Shown piece by piece: positions 11,889 to 26,400 of a stretch of DNA of 64,000 bases (positions are counted from its first letter, which is position 1; each line of letters starts with the position of its first letter). Source of the DNA: Oikopleura dioica (lineage: Eukaryota; Animalia; Chordata). The position numbers and the translations under genes are program-made. The stretch is taken from positions 2,418,001-2,482,000 of the forward strand of contig OU015566.1 of NCBI GenBank assembly GCA_907165135.1, in the 5' to 3' direction. The notes below the pieces were generated by a model. It made no database searches, was not told the origin of the DNA, and saw only the letters and a program-made list of their open reading frames with translations.

Positions 11889-14800
11889 CCGACCTAAAAA
11901 ACCATAAATTTCGCCCGAAAATTCTTTTGAAATGGGCAGAATCAGAAAAGAGTTTCATCGATTACGTTTACAAAGATTTGCCCTCATCCAATTACCCCTT
12001 GATCAGCGACTTTTTGGCTTGTTATTTCATTATTTTGTTTAAAATCTCGCATTACGACTTCCGCATTCTAATTGCTCTCCCCACCCTTGCGCAGGTATAT
12101 TTTACGTTAATTTCTCGTTTCCAAAGGAAACGCGCAAAATCAAAAATAAACGGCCCGTTACCATATTACAAACAGAAAATGCCTCGTTTTCAAGAATTAT
12201 CGCGCTTTCGCTTTTGAACAAGTTTGTGGAAATGAAAATAAATCCAGACTCGAAATGGATTATTTTCGTTGTGAATGGGGGCGATCGACGGGAAAGAGCT
12301 TGTTAATTTGGATTTTAAATTTGCTTAATTGGCAATCAAAGGAGGTTTTTTCTGACTCATTTTTTGAGGATTTCCAATTTAAATTCTTTTCAAGTTCAAA
12401 TTTTTATTAAAAAAAATCGAGAAATCAGTTTGTAAAAAGTCGATTTTCTTAAAGAAATCGGCCTTTTTCTCGCTTTATTTTTAATAATTCGAACCCTTAG
12501 GTTCCTCTCAAGTGTTCATTTCGTCTTTTTTTCGAACGAAGCCCGGCTCCCGGATCTCAATTAAGGCCCTCTTATCAGATAACCCGCCGCGCGTGCATTT
12601 GACCCCTCGAATCCAGTTGAAAATTCTCGAGTGTCATTTTTGGTGTCTCATTTGCGCGCCAAATTGCTTCTCAATCACCAACTCGCGCGCAACTTACGAC
12701 AGCGCTAGAAATGTGCTTTACGAGATCATTTGCAGACAGTGAAAACACTAGAACATGCAGAAAACACGTGGCGCGGTTTTTAGTCTTTGAGCGATGCATT
12801 TTAATTGATATTTTTGGAATTAGTTTTTGAATTTTGAATTCTGATGTTCTAAAAAAGCGATTAAAAACTGGGTTATTTCCGATTTTCCACCTTTGTAATT
12901 TCGAATTTCAAATTCCGAATTCAATATCAATCAGGATAATCTGCCTGTCAGAAGAGACACCGTGTCAGGCGATAGTCGCGCAACAATGCGCTCCGTAACT
13001 CCTGCCTTCCTTCATGCATACACTGCGATTTCCAGCTGGAAAATTGGCGCCTTTTTCAAATTCTGAAAATAAAGGGACGAAATTTTCGAGAATTCTTTTT
13101 GTTCAAAACAAGCGGAATTTTGAAACAAACTAACACCTTGTATTTTTTCATCAGTAACTTGATCTCTTTAAGACAGGTTCATCTGAACTCCTAGTCATAT
13201 TATACTAATGGTAATTAATTTTGATTGGCACGCCGAGTTTGAAAGTTTTTCGAATTATTTTACGCACAGATTTATCTTTTTTTTTCTCGCCCAAAAGACT
13301 ACTTTGAAACGCTCCCCCGAAAAAACGCAGGAGGGCTATGTTTACGGTCTTACAAATATCAAGGGGCTATTCGCGCGCGTACAGTTGGCCTGATCCGTCG
13401 AGGAAGAATTTCTAATCCCTTCCAGCTTCCATCAAAAAGCCGCGCGGCGCTAAACCCAAAATAACTTTGCCCCGGCCTCCGAGGGCCTCAATTGATCAGC
13501 TGCAACTTTTTACTTACTCAGGGATTATGGACGGCTTTCTCCCGAAAGATCCAGAACGGATAAGCATCTCCGAGAATTTTCAAGTGGAAAAAAGGCTTCG
13601 AGAGTTGAAGTTCTGCTGGTTTGGCGCTGATCCTACTTTTTTGAAATGAACAAAGACCAAGTTCTTTTGCGGAAATTAACGCCGGTTCGTCGGGGGACCG
13701 GGCCGAGTTCGCAGATCGAGGAGGATTTTATCGCAGCTCACGAAAGTAAATTCGCGGAGATACTTATCTCGGAGCCAGTGTTTTGTTGAATAAGAGCCAG
13801 TTTTGTTTTACGAAACTAGCGCAGGATAATAATCCGTTACGTAAAATTAATTGAGCTGAGAAGGCATCATTCTTGACCCTTGGGATTAACCATCACAGGT
13901 AGGTACTCGAGGTACTCGACAATTGCCTGCTTGCTTGTTCTAATTCTTACGATAACGCTCTTATCGATGAAGAGATAAGCCAGTGAGGACTAATTTCCGT
14001 GTCCCCGATTCCTCTTTTCGCCGGGAGGAGGTCAAGATTTGTTAAACACGGTTTTCAAAATCTCACGATTCTCCTCAAATTTTATTCTAAAAGAGACTTT
14101 TTATTTAGAATTTTTTTTACAAATAAAAAATTAAATAAAAAATTTGCTAAAATAATAAAAATACGAAAAACCGCTACAAAATGATGTTTCTTTCAAATGG
14201 ATTCAGCTTTGTCGAATTCCAGATATTCTTAACCTTTACTTCCAGCCGCTTCCTGTTCCTCTTTTTTCGGTTCCAACAAACAAACTGAAATTCCCGTCCT
14301 TGTCACGCGCTGACAGCTCTGGGAATTTGAAAAGTTTCTTTTCAACCCCAAATTTTGGAGTCGCGAAAAGCACATCCGCCCGCGCGGTCCGTCGTTTTTG
14401 AAGTTTTCCAATTTTGGGAAGTCTTCAATCAAGAGGTCATTTTTACAAAATTTGACCCTGTCGCCAAATTTCAAAGTCAAAAAGCTTTCTTTTTTTCAAA
14501 GGAGGGAAAATATGGAAATGAGATAAGCGCTTATCATAATAAAAGTGTCATTTGAATTTCGAATGAGACGAATTAGATCATCTTTTTGTGGCTTTTTTGA
14601 GCGCTAGAATGGCTGGAAAAGACTGTGTGTTTGAACAAGCCGTGGCTACTTCTGCTCACTTCCGGGGGTTTTTCCGGTGAGGGTATTTATCAAGCAGCTG
14701 AGGGAGTAAAATTTTATTCGAGGGAAAATTTTGCCAAGACCCTTTCTTTCATGACTCCTCCTATTCTTCAGTCGAATAAATTTTGTCACGGACCATTCCC

Positions 14801-15243
14801 GTTTCGTTAACACCAAACGTGCTAAATATATATCCCCCATAATCGAGTTTTAATTGAATTTCTTAAGAACGCGTTTATCCCATTACAGCAGCCATCAATT
14901 ATTTTCCGATTTATTTTTTGATGTGGATCAAAACCGCATCCGACTAATTCAATAGATTTTCAGTCTTCTCGTACTGACTGAATCGTTCTGTTAAGCAAGT
15001 CCTGTATTATAGTATTAGCTTGATTTTTGATTGCGGTCAAGAGAAGTGCCCTTATTTCAGAACTTCCGATTAGGGTAAGTTAATTTAACCACTTCTCGCA
15101 ACTTTGAGGAAAAAAACAAATTGGCGTCTGACAAAAGGTCAACGAAAAAAGAGCAAAAACCGCGCGGTGATTTGCCACTTCTGAGGAAGCGCCAAAATGC
15201 CAGACAGCTTTTTCTGGTAAAATGGCTCAGTTTCAAAATTTAA

Positions 15244-15302
15244 GGGTATAACCTTCGATTTCCGCAACTTTCCGGTCATTGGGGAAATCGAAGGTAGTAC
15301 CC
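15244..15302. mobile_element. 59-bp hairpin mini-element with TTAA flanks (Kolobok-type termini)
   Basis: TTAA|GGGTA-TA-ACCTTCGATTTCC...GGAAATCGAAGGT-AG-TACCC|TTAA. Two stacked perfect stems. Confidence 0.75.
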
Positions 15303-16674
15303 TTAATAATTTCTTGAGCTCAGAAAAACCATCTTTCTTGTAGAAATCTACATTGTAAGAAGCCGATAGCGTCGCTATCAGAATCTGCCTAATCCGGCTG
15401 ACTATGGAGCTTGATCCAAAACAAACTGGTGGATCGGCCTGCCAAACAGTTCCTTCCGCGATACCCCTTCTGATAAGCCGAGTACTTCGATATTTGAGTT
15501 TGTCTGTTTCCTGTCACCCTATTTGACAAGCATGGGCACCACATTTTAGAAGATATGGTAAATAAAAAAAGAGGCCGAAAAAAATATTCCAGAATCAAGG
15601 GCGCGCCGCGCAAATTTCAAAGTCGGGAAGTAGATAAGATTTTTCTTGCTACTTTTTGAAAACAAAATTTTTCATCTAAATTGAAATCGTCTTCACTACT
15701 GTCCGAAAGTTCAGTAGGACCAAAACCTCATCTCCTGCTGTGATTATTTTCCTTCTTTCTAGCGCGGATTTAGAAGCTGGTACGGGAAGCAAGTGTGGCT
15801 AGCTATCTTTACTCGTATCCTTGTCGCTCGGAAAGATGTTCAAACAAGCGTTCTAGAGCCGCTGCTCTGAGAAAAGAGAACTTCCTTTACGGCGGGACAA
15901 AGAGTTCTATTCACGTTTTTGACACAAAACGAGTGGAAATTAAACAGGAAACGGAAAGTCGAGGACTATGAAGCGGATATCCCCGTCAGTTATCTTTGTG
16001 TAAATAGATAATACTAGCAGCAAAGTGGCACTGGTCATTTTCAAGGTAAAACTTTGACAAGCAGTTTTCGAGCCAAAAACTGTCTATTCCCTTATCACCC
16101 ACCGAGCTTCCATCTTTCACTTTCTCAAGCTCCCGCCGAGTCGCTATTTCTTATCAGAAATGTACTTTCTCCAGTCTCTCCAGCCACTTGATCAGCTGAT
16201 TTAACCGGCCGCCTTTGATCTATTCTTTCCTCTGATTAAATTCTATCTTCGTCGCCGATTTTAATGCACAATCCGCGCGAGATCTCCGAGGAGGCTTTTT
16301 TCTGATATCACCAAATTTAGCTCCGTGGCGGCTAAAGTTTCAGATTGGTGTAAGTGAAGCTTGAGTACTTAATTCGAGCATTTTGCCAAGTGCGCAGGAA
16401 AACACACGGGCCCTGAGATTTTAGCGAGCTACTGTCGATTCTGATTGTATAATCGAAGCTTTGAAAATGTGCGGGGCGCAGAAAAAAGGAGATGCAAAAG
16501 AATATTTATCGGACGGGTGAGGATGAATGGGCTGCTTGTTGAATACACAAATTTTGGACGCCGATGTCTGGCGAAATTTATGAATCATGTCATATAAAAA
16601 TGTCAAGCACTGGTGCGAATGTTTTCCGGAAAATAACAATTTCTGTCTTTGACATCTGAAAAAAAGAAAAATTC

Positions 16675-16875
16675 CAAATGTCCCAAAATGTCTGAAAATG
16701 TCTTAAAATGTCTGCAGCACATCAAGTTCTTTTGTCAGCAATGTCAAACGATGTTAGATGTCACATCTACAGATATGAGGAAGAAAAGGCCGATGACATC
16801 TGTCGACATTGTCGACAAAAATATCTTTATTTTTGGTAGACATTTAAAGACATTTTCGGACATTTGAAACATTTC
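16675..16875. repeat. Inverted arrays of ~10-bp AAAATGTC units (decayed foldback element)
   Basis: Left arm CAAATGTCCCAAAATGTCTGAAAATGTCTTAAAATGTCTG. Right arm AGACATTTAAAGACATTTTCGGACATTTGAAACATTT. Termini not resolved. Confidence 0.6.
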
Positions 16876-17425
16876 ATCTGAAATGTTAACAAATGTCGAT
16901 TTGTTTTCTTTTCACAAGCTGCCTCTAAAACGCATAAATGACTGTATCCAAGTCCTTTTTCCGTGTACTATTTCCTTTTCAGCAATTCTAATTCAAGCCT
17001 CACGTTCCGCATAACTTATTCTAGTGCCTTTACGAATCCGTACTCAAGCCCACTCAACTCGCCACAAGCGCAATCTTCTGTTCACGGAAGAATACGATCC
17101 GGACCATAAAATATGCAAATAATATGCTTTTTCTCAACATTTTTCACCAAAACGCAAAAAAGATGGCGCTGCTCCCCCGCCGCGCCGCCGAAAAAAAGCG
17201 CGTTTCGGAGCTCTCGAGCGCCACCGAGCGCAAACGCGGACATTCACGCATGGCGGAGAAAAAAAACTTTGTGAAGAAAATTGCAAGAAGAAATTTTACG
17301 AATACGTACTGAGGCGATTTTACAACAGTACTTTTTTACAGAAAATACCTTCAAAACTGAGATAAAAAAAGAAGAAAATCAGAGATTTTGACGAAAAATC
17401 TAAAGAAAAAATTTTGACGAAGAAG

Positions 17426-20400
17426 ATGCGATTGGGTATTGCTGCCTTGCCGGCTATAGGTAAAATTTAATATAATTTTCGGATATTTTTTTTTGGGAAA
17501 ATTAAAGAATTTTTTTTTAATTTTTTGAAAAATTGAAAATTCTTTTATATTTTTTGAAAAATCAAAATATTTTTTTAGTTTTTGAAAAATAAAAATATTT
17601 TTGTTTTAATCATATTAATCTAAAACCTGGGATTCATTCAATAACTCTCGCCCTGTCTTGATTTTCCCGGCAAAGGTCAATTCTCAGCTTTTTCTCGCTG
17701 AAAATTTAAAATCTTAAATTTCCGATTCTCGGTAAAATTAACAACTGCGGTTTTGCCCTCCTCTATCACCGGAAATTCAGGCGAGCGTTGCTCAAATATG
17801 ATTTGAAATTTATCAGCCTGGCGATATCCGAATCGCATAAAGCCTTCCAAGGAGATAACGCTCGATTACGAAAATTCTTTTTGCGTTTTTTGCCAGAATT
17901 GAACCCGATCCCTTGAGCAGCCAGGAAAGCTCGGATTTGCTCCAAAAAACTTTGTTCAAAACAAAAAGGAACAAAAGAAAATCCCCTTATTCCCATTGAT
18001 TCCGCTTTTGTTTGGATACAAGGAAAAATCTTTTAATTAGAGGGTAAGCCCTTAATTTTTCTGCCAAAAATGCGGATAAATTTCTGCTAAAAAAGCTTTT
18101 TTCATGCCGAAAATAAGATTTTTGCTGAAAATTTCAGGGAAAAAATCATCAAAATGACGATTATTTAAGGGTATCACTCGAATAACAGTACTCAATCCCG
18201 CCACAGTAATCTTACGCCATGCAAATATTTTGATGAATCAATGACATTATGATAAGCTTACTTTACAGCTCCGATTTTTTATCTTTATCAGAAGTTGTCT
18301 TACTATTTTTCCTCAAACAAAATTGACAAAATTAAAAACTCGCGTGGTGCAAATAACTAACGAGTCAGAAAGACACACACTTATTCTCGGGATGAGCCCA
18401 TAATACCGAAAACGCATTAGGTTTTTTCTGCGCGTACAATCATGTTGATAATAAGGGTGGAGGGAGTCGGCGAATGAGTAGTATTTTGGTAATGGTACTT
18501 TGTACTCTGATTATGGTAAAACTGACAACGATATAGAGAGACAAACATGACTAAATTAACCGAGAGCAAGAAATGAAAATGATTAAGAGATATTAAGGAG
18601 GTATAAGAGGAAAAGCCTTTTCTAAAACTGATTTTATTTTTAGAGACCCTTAAGATTTACAATCTTTCTTGATCTAAAAATGGCATAAAATTAGTTCATT
18701 TTGACTTTTCGTCATGACACCCTTATTTTAAGCGGATAAAACTGGCACTAGAATCGAAATAAAAGCTTAATCTTTGAATAATTCACACTATAAATCCACC
18801 CAAAATAAAAAAAAAATTCAAAGGCGAGAGCCATAAAGCCCCCCATTTTTTCCATCAAAGGCGTCGGGCTTTGGCCCTTTAACTCCTTCACGCGCGCGCA
18901 GCCATTCATCACTTGTCAATAGTATTTTTACTATTGCTCGTTCTTTTCTTTTTGCACAGCGGAGATTTTGTGTGATTTGGCATTTCAAATAAGGATTCTT
19001 ATTGCAAAATACGGTCTTCGTTCTCATGAAATTTTCGAGTACGCCGGTACTTGGGCCAAGGGATGAAAGTGGGGGGCAAATAGGGTAAGGACTTTTGGGG
19101 AGCAAATATGAAGAATAATGGAGAAAAAGGTTGACAGATGGTCGGGTTAAGGGTCTATCAATAAGATTCTTGTTCAAAAAAGACTTCGTGGTTTTCATTT
19201 TTCTTTGGGATACCCTTATAATCATCATCTTATTTATCAAAAACTAAAACAGAAAAATTGCTGTAAAAAGATATTTCTAATATTCAAATCTGATTTCTAA
19301 GCAACCCAAAATACAAAAAAAAATGGATAGCGTAACAAGAACTCGACCGGGATTTTCTTTTTGGCGATAATCATTCGCGAGAGGAGCTGAGCCGCGCGGA
19401 ATGGAGTACGCGCGTGGCCACTTCCGTTCAGCGCTCTAAAGCGTTTGTTTCGTGGCGCCGCGAATTCTTACTTTTGTTGTAGCTTCTTATTTCCGTTTCT
19501 TTTTTCTTGGTTTTGAAAAATCGACTGATTTTTTTCTTAGACAGCGTTTTTTCCAAAATTTGACAAATTTAAACCGAAAATTGGACCCAAAATTGTCGAT
19601 CTTTAAAAGCCAGGCTCTGATTGGCTCATCCAGATCTATCCTGATTAAGACAGAAAATGCACCAATGAACGCTTGGCCTTATTTTGGCGATCGAAAAGTG
19701 ACTTGTTTGAAATTTTTTTTCTTCGAAAGAAAATTTTTCCAGCTCCAGACTTTTCAAACAATTTACTCTTCATGGCTCCACCCATCAGCTTTCAGGCTGA
19801 GCCTCCCCGTCTCCCAGCTGATTTTCCGCGTGGCCAATTCTTTCTTCTTTCACAGGCTTCCAATTATGGGACCCGAGACGAAATAACGTTGATAAGGAGA
19901 TCCCGGTGGCAATTTAACTGTCACGCTTGCACGTGATTGCGATCTGACTTCGCGCTGATGGAAGGTTAACCTAAAACTAACGCTGGGGTTGACCTTAAGG
20001 AGGTGCCCCTGAATTCGTCAGAGTCGTCACGCTCGCCCAGAATTTTGTGAAAAAATGTCGAAAATTACATATTCATGAAAATCCGTTCCGCTCGGTCGAC
20101 CTTTGTGCCCCAACACCGTATCTTTCGCGATAAAAACCTCGTTGCTCGAGATTCCAGAGCCGCGTATCTCCAGTGCCTCGCGAAGAAAGACAGCACTCTA
20201 AATAAACACAACAGTTGGGGAAAAGCATAAACCGGAGCGGGAAAGCGGATTTTGACGAATATATACTCGGACGCAAGAAAGGGGTTTTTCGGGAAAGATT
20301 AAGGGTAGGGAGGAGGGTGTGGGAAGATTCTGAAACAAGGAAATGACTCACCTGCTCTTACTGTTTTTTGTTTGTTTTGCACCTTAAGGGTGTAGACATC

Positions 20401-23400
20401 GTTTACTGCGAGTTTTGACCTTCTTTTTGAAGCAATTTTTGCATGGTGACACCCTTATTTATTTGAAAAAAATCTCGATTCTTTCAAGAAGAAGATTATA
20501 AACGACTTAAAACTTATTTTACATTATTGACTCTGGCTCACTTTGAATCTTTTTTCGCCGGAATTTATCTAAGCGCTTTCGTGAAAACTTCAAAAACGAT
20601 TCTAGCGCCGAGGAGAAGGAAAACAAGTTTTGTTACTCTAAGAAGTTCGACTTGATTGAATTTTCCTTCTTTCACTTTTTTTCACCTTCCTAAGCAGCAG
20701 AGTTAACCTTTTCGGACCTAAATGCACACAGATGGGACGGCAAATTACTCCAGTTTTGTTTTGGCCCTCAGAAGTGCTGGCGTATGCTGATTTTTGGTTA
20801 TTCTGAAGGCGAATAATTAAGTTTCAATAATTGGCATGAATCTTTATCAGAAAAACGGTCCGTTAGAAGTTTAAAACGAACAGTAGGGCCAAGTCAAAAA
20901 TCTCGCTAGATTAAGCTAAGAAGGTGCGAGTTGGCGGCTTTTGCGGTGTTATTAGAGCGTCAGCTCCACCGGGCCCGGCACACTGATAACTCAGCCACTA
21001 CTAGAAGCAAGATTCTGAGCGATATCGTGAAAATGTGATGCTGCCTAAGAGCAACGATATCACAACAAATTAAGCTGATAAGGAAGTCAGAAGGAGACGC
21101 AATTTTCTAAAAATCACGCTTTCAACAACAAAAATTATCATGATCGAAAAATTGCTCGAAATCGGCAAAATTAAGGATCTACCCTCTCTAATTCGTCTTT
21201 TTCTGTAGCCTTAAATTATAAAAAAGACATTTTCTTATAAAAAAAGTATTAAAAATGAATAAAAAATTGGCTTAAAACTATTTAAAAAGCTCTTTTGTGA
21301 CGCTATACCCTTAATTAAACCAATTATTTATTAAAGATCTAGGTATAAACCACTTAAAAAGCACTAACTACGACTCCCTTAAAAAAACTCAGCGGTATTA
21401 AAAATTGATAGAAAACTTATCTCGCCTGTTTCATTAACCCCTTTATTGAGTCAATTATTTACTTTTCTTTTTTCTAAAAAGCAGATAAGGAAAGAAAGAA
21501 AGTGGAGTGATGCATAATCCGATACTGTTAGAAGCCCTTTCGCACTTAAACTTTCCGCAGATGTGGAACTTCTGTCCCGCAGAGGCTCAGGACTCAACCA
21601 ACTTTTTGGTGCGGTGAGCAACCGTTAAGCTTATTATTTCGTAAGATTTCGAGGCACATTATACAGGCGCTTCTTAATTTTTTAAGGGGATCGACATTTT
21701 TCGCCATATCATGAACTAGGTTCCAAAAATATCGCCGGTGAGATATTCCGAAAATAAAACCCGCAGTTGGGTAATTAAGTAATAACTCCCAACTGTTTTC
21801 ACATCACGCTCTTAGCCAATTTTCGCGCGATTGACATATGTAAAAGCTAAAAATATTTTATAGTTTTGGTGAAAATAATCGTTACGCCGCTTAATCCACT
21901 CAATGGGGTCGGTTATTTCCGAAAAACCGTCACTTTTTTTTCTTGGATCGTGACGCCCTTAATCCCGTGAAGAGAAAAGTGAAGGAATATTTAGAATTTT
22001 ACATCTTGGGGTTTATATTTTTTGTTTACAGCCGCCCAAGAAACATCTTCCCAAGGGCACTTGTGTTTTAGCATTCGTCAAAATCAATGCTCAACAAGTT
22101 ATGATTACGTTCCAGTTGGTTGAGCAGCGCAAAACAACGGTCCCTTAAGTTCCTTTATCATCTCTTATCATTCTTTCCCAGAAGCTGCCAGGTGAAACTG
22201 GGCATTCATCACATTGTCCGCTAAATATTATCATTTTTGAAATCCGGTTAAGGGAGAATTATCGAATAATTATTGGCTTTTCTATCATATTTTTTTGACA
22301 GAGGCACGTTTTCGAGGCATTATGAGCTTGCTGTGGTCCAATGATGTTGCATTCGAGTGACCATATTTTCGCGTAAACGACCGTATTTCTAAACCACCAC
22401 TTATAAGTATTCAAAAAAGCACATTCCAGGATGTGCGCGGCACTTTTCCCTGGTGCATATCTCGACTCAGACATTTTTCAACGCTTCCATCCCTTTTTTT
22501 CCAAAACAACGTGGCTGGGAAACTATGGGGTGTACGTATCATACGGTAAATCTTGAGTCGAGAGGGTTTTCGTTCTTTTGCTATTTTTGCTTTTAGAGCT
22601 GTTTATATCGAAAACAGCCTTGGCACCTTTTGGGAAAAAGGAACGCCCTAAAATATGTTTTGCGTGTTTGTATTGCCAGGTGGCCAAAGCTTTATAAATT
22701 CGCTCCGAAAAGCGGGCAATAAGTTCCCTACTTTTTCAATTCAAAAGCGGAAATGGTCGATTTTAATTTCTTTTTTTCCAGAAAACCCGCCCTTATTTAC
22801 CCCAATCCAACAGCGTCTGAAATTCAGATAGACATTTTTACAATCGGAAATTGCCATTTTGCGCCTTTGTTTACCCCTCAACCCCTTTTGCGGTCCCTTG
22901 ACCCGTTGGAAAGAAAATAAAGCTTGTTTATTCCCCGTTTCCTATATTATTTGCGCTCACGCTTCGGGCAATATTTTTCTGAATGGATCAAACGAGCTCG
23001 TAAAAATTGGGACGCGGGAATCGAGGAAGTCTTGAGCAGCGGCCGAAGTGTTTGGCTGAGTGGCCGTATTTTTCTCGAGCGCTCTTTTTCGAGAGAGTGT
23101 TTGAAATAATCGCGCGGTAATCCTTGTTTGGGGTCAGATTGCCGAGATACTTACGACAATGGGATAAGCTTACATCGTGTAAATATTGCTTATTTTGATT
23201 CGGGAAGTTTGGGAATGCAACTAACTCCGGTAATGCTATATTTTTAGCAAAATGACGTGGGACAATTCATCCAAAATCGTGTTTTGTAGGATTCATTTAA
23301 CCTTGATTCCGGCTTTTTGTTCAAAATATTTTCCATTCAATGAATTTTTTCATCAATTTTTTACAAAAATAAAATTATGAAAAATTAAAATTTTAATTTT

Positions 23401-26400
23401 AACATATATTTCTAGCGCTCGGCAAGCTCAAACCAACAGATGTCTTCACAGTTCAACCAGAAAACGTCGAGGTCGTCCGTGGAAGCACCGTGACTCTAGA
23501 ATGCGCGATCGACCCTTCCGTCACCTCCAAATACACATCCGACCCTGCTGAGGAGCTCATCCAATGGGCAAAGGGTAAATTGGGGCTTGGATTTCCTCCC
23601 CTTAGGCGAGAGCGGTACAGTCAGCAAGTCGGGCCGAATAGCTACAGTTTGACGATCGAAGATGTCCAGGCAGAGGATGAAGATGACTTTGAGTGTCAGT
23701 TCACTAGCGAAGGTAAATAACTGTAATGAGAAAAATACTTCAATGATGATTTAGGTATTCGAAGCAAGAATGCTCGATTGACGACAATCATCGCTCCAGA
23801 AGAGCTCCAAATCACTTCAAACGCGGCTAGTCTGATAGACAGTCTCCCCGCCGAGCCCGAAACAACCGTGACTGTCATCGAAGGAGTCGAAGCCGTCATC
23901 GATTGCGTGAGCATCAAGGCGAAACCAAGCGCTCTTCCAAAATGGACGAGCTCTTTCAAAGGTAAAAATCAAGTTCTGGAGCGAGACGTTGTTTTGACAG
24001 AATCAAAGAGGATTCTTGAGATACGTATCGTGAGTCTGAAACAACAAATCCGCAGATTGATAAAGCCAAGGGGATTATCCTTTTGGAAATTGAGCCGTTC
24101 ACCTTTGCTTGTTTTGTGGATTTGAATTTCGAGAACTTGAATCGTCAAAAAAAATGGAGAACCCCTTATTTTTGAAAATTAATTTCTGACCCCGGATAAC
24201 AACAGCATCGTGGATTTTGATCTCTCGTAAGGACAAAACAAGCCGCATCTGTTTGCCGCTAGAATTTGCGTTTTTTTGTCGTGTGCCGTTACGGCGGAAG
24301 CGAAATCAGCCGCGATCCCCTTAACGCCCCTCGGCATTCCTTCTATTATTCGGGCAAGATATGTTCCCGAAATTCAAATTCTCGCGGCCGGGCGACCGCC
24401 TCATATCAAGCGACATGTGGTTAAGGACACTAGAATCGCCTTCTGAGCAAAGCCAGATGGTCTTTCTCTCGGCGGTTTAGCTGGTCAATTAATGATCAAA
24501 TGGTAATTTAACAATTTCAGATGCGGAATTCCGCGGACCATGGGAAGTGTACGATTCCGACTCGAAAACTACTAATGCGACTCGTCAATTGCGCTTCATC
24601 CCTTCTCTGGAACACGACGGAATGCCTGTACAATGCTCGGTAGAACATCCAGCGCTAGAAGAACAGCTTACCGTCGAGAAGACCCTGAAGGTTTACTGTA
24701 AGTAGATTTTCCATTTTCTTATCACTATTATCAAGAGCCCCCGCCGAGCGAGGGGTAGTGATAAATTAGCGGTGTCAATTTTCGCGAAATTAATAAAACT
24801 CACGTGCTTTTGCAAGTCTCGCAACAGAGAGCGGTTTTTGAAAATTATCCGAAACGTAATATTTCGCAGCGTGCAGCGAGACATATTGTACGACCGCCAC
24901 AAGAGAACTTCTAATTTTCGGCAGTCGTTTTTTGTGGCGAGCGATTTTTCAGTAGAAATCAAAGACACTGCATTTCAAATTTGTTTCAACAGAAAAGAGC
25001 ATTAGGGCGATTCGCAGTGCAGGAGTCGTTGGTTCGCTATCTAAATCGCGTAACCCGATCTTCGAGATGTAAAAAGGGTTCAAGAAAAGAAGGGATTCCG
25101 TATCCGGCCGAGCCGATAACGTCTCCTGAGTGTATAATGCCTGTCACTGCGCTGAATTCACCAGCCATCGTTGTATTCGCAAAATTGACAGCCGCTCAGT
25201 TCTTCTAGGCCCTGAATCGGCGCTAGAATTGCAGTACTGGCTCTAGAAAAACAGTTCAGCGGATCTTCTATTTTCCAAAGATCGAATTAATTTTAGAGCG
25301 CCAGGTAGCGCGTCCAGTCATCGGGGGCTTATTAGATTTTCCAATTTTGAAATTTCAAATTTTAGATTTTCACAAAAAAAGACAAATCGAGCCAAAATTG
25401 TTGGGCACGGGAAAACTAGCGATAATTTGCGATTTTACGGGGTCGGCGCTCGGCACGAGGAGGGATAACCTTACTGGACAAGATTATACAACGCGGGTGA
25501 TATTTTTATCGTGAACTGGTTACGTAGCCGTCAGAATATGAAGATCGATGAACTAGCTCTTAAAAAATACGACAGAAGAGTCCTTCGATCGTTTAAAGAG
25601 CCACTCGAAATTCCCCAGATTCTAGAGACCTCGCTCGGCGGGATACTTTTCGCGTAAAATTACTCAATCGTTCCATTATCACCGCGGCTGATAAGAGCTC
25701 CGAAGTGGGTGAGATATTGAACCGCAGAAAATTCAGAATTTCTCGACTCTTTTTCTTGCCAGATTTAAAAAATCAAAGCAGATTGGTTGTCTTTTCTTTT
25801 GAAGAAGGGCGCCCGCAACATGACTGTGTTTGTGTCGATTGAAAATTCCAGCGCGGCTTTGGCGAGGAATTAGAACTCAGTCCGACCAGCATCACGTGTT
25901 AAATAGGTTCAACCAGAGAGTAGTCAATGCGGTCTTGTCCAGTCTGAATTCACTATTTTTCGGCAAGATTTGACCTTACGATTTTTTCGATGCATGTATT
26001 TTTTTCGTCGAAAAGAAGGACTCTCTCGGTGGGTACTGGGTTTTATAAAATATTCGCCCCGCGATGAGGCGATAAGATAACGAGTTCCACACCCAGACCG
26101 CCGTCACTACCGGGCACGTTTTTCAAGCCAATATCTTATTGGTATTAAAAACGTATCTAAGTTATCATTACGTGACGAAAGATATTTCCCCTTTTCAACT
26201 AAAATATCGTTTTTGGGCAAATTTTCGACCAATCAGAGCTTCCTATTTTGATGGTAGGCCAATCAGCAAAAATGTAGTTTTTTGGGAAATTTTTGACCAA
26301 TCAGAGCGCCGAATTTGGCTAGAAAAATGAAAGTCGCACTGAAATTTTTCGTTGATCATTCAAAAAACAACGGGCCGAGCAGTATTATATGCACGAGCTT

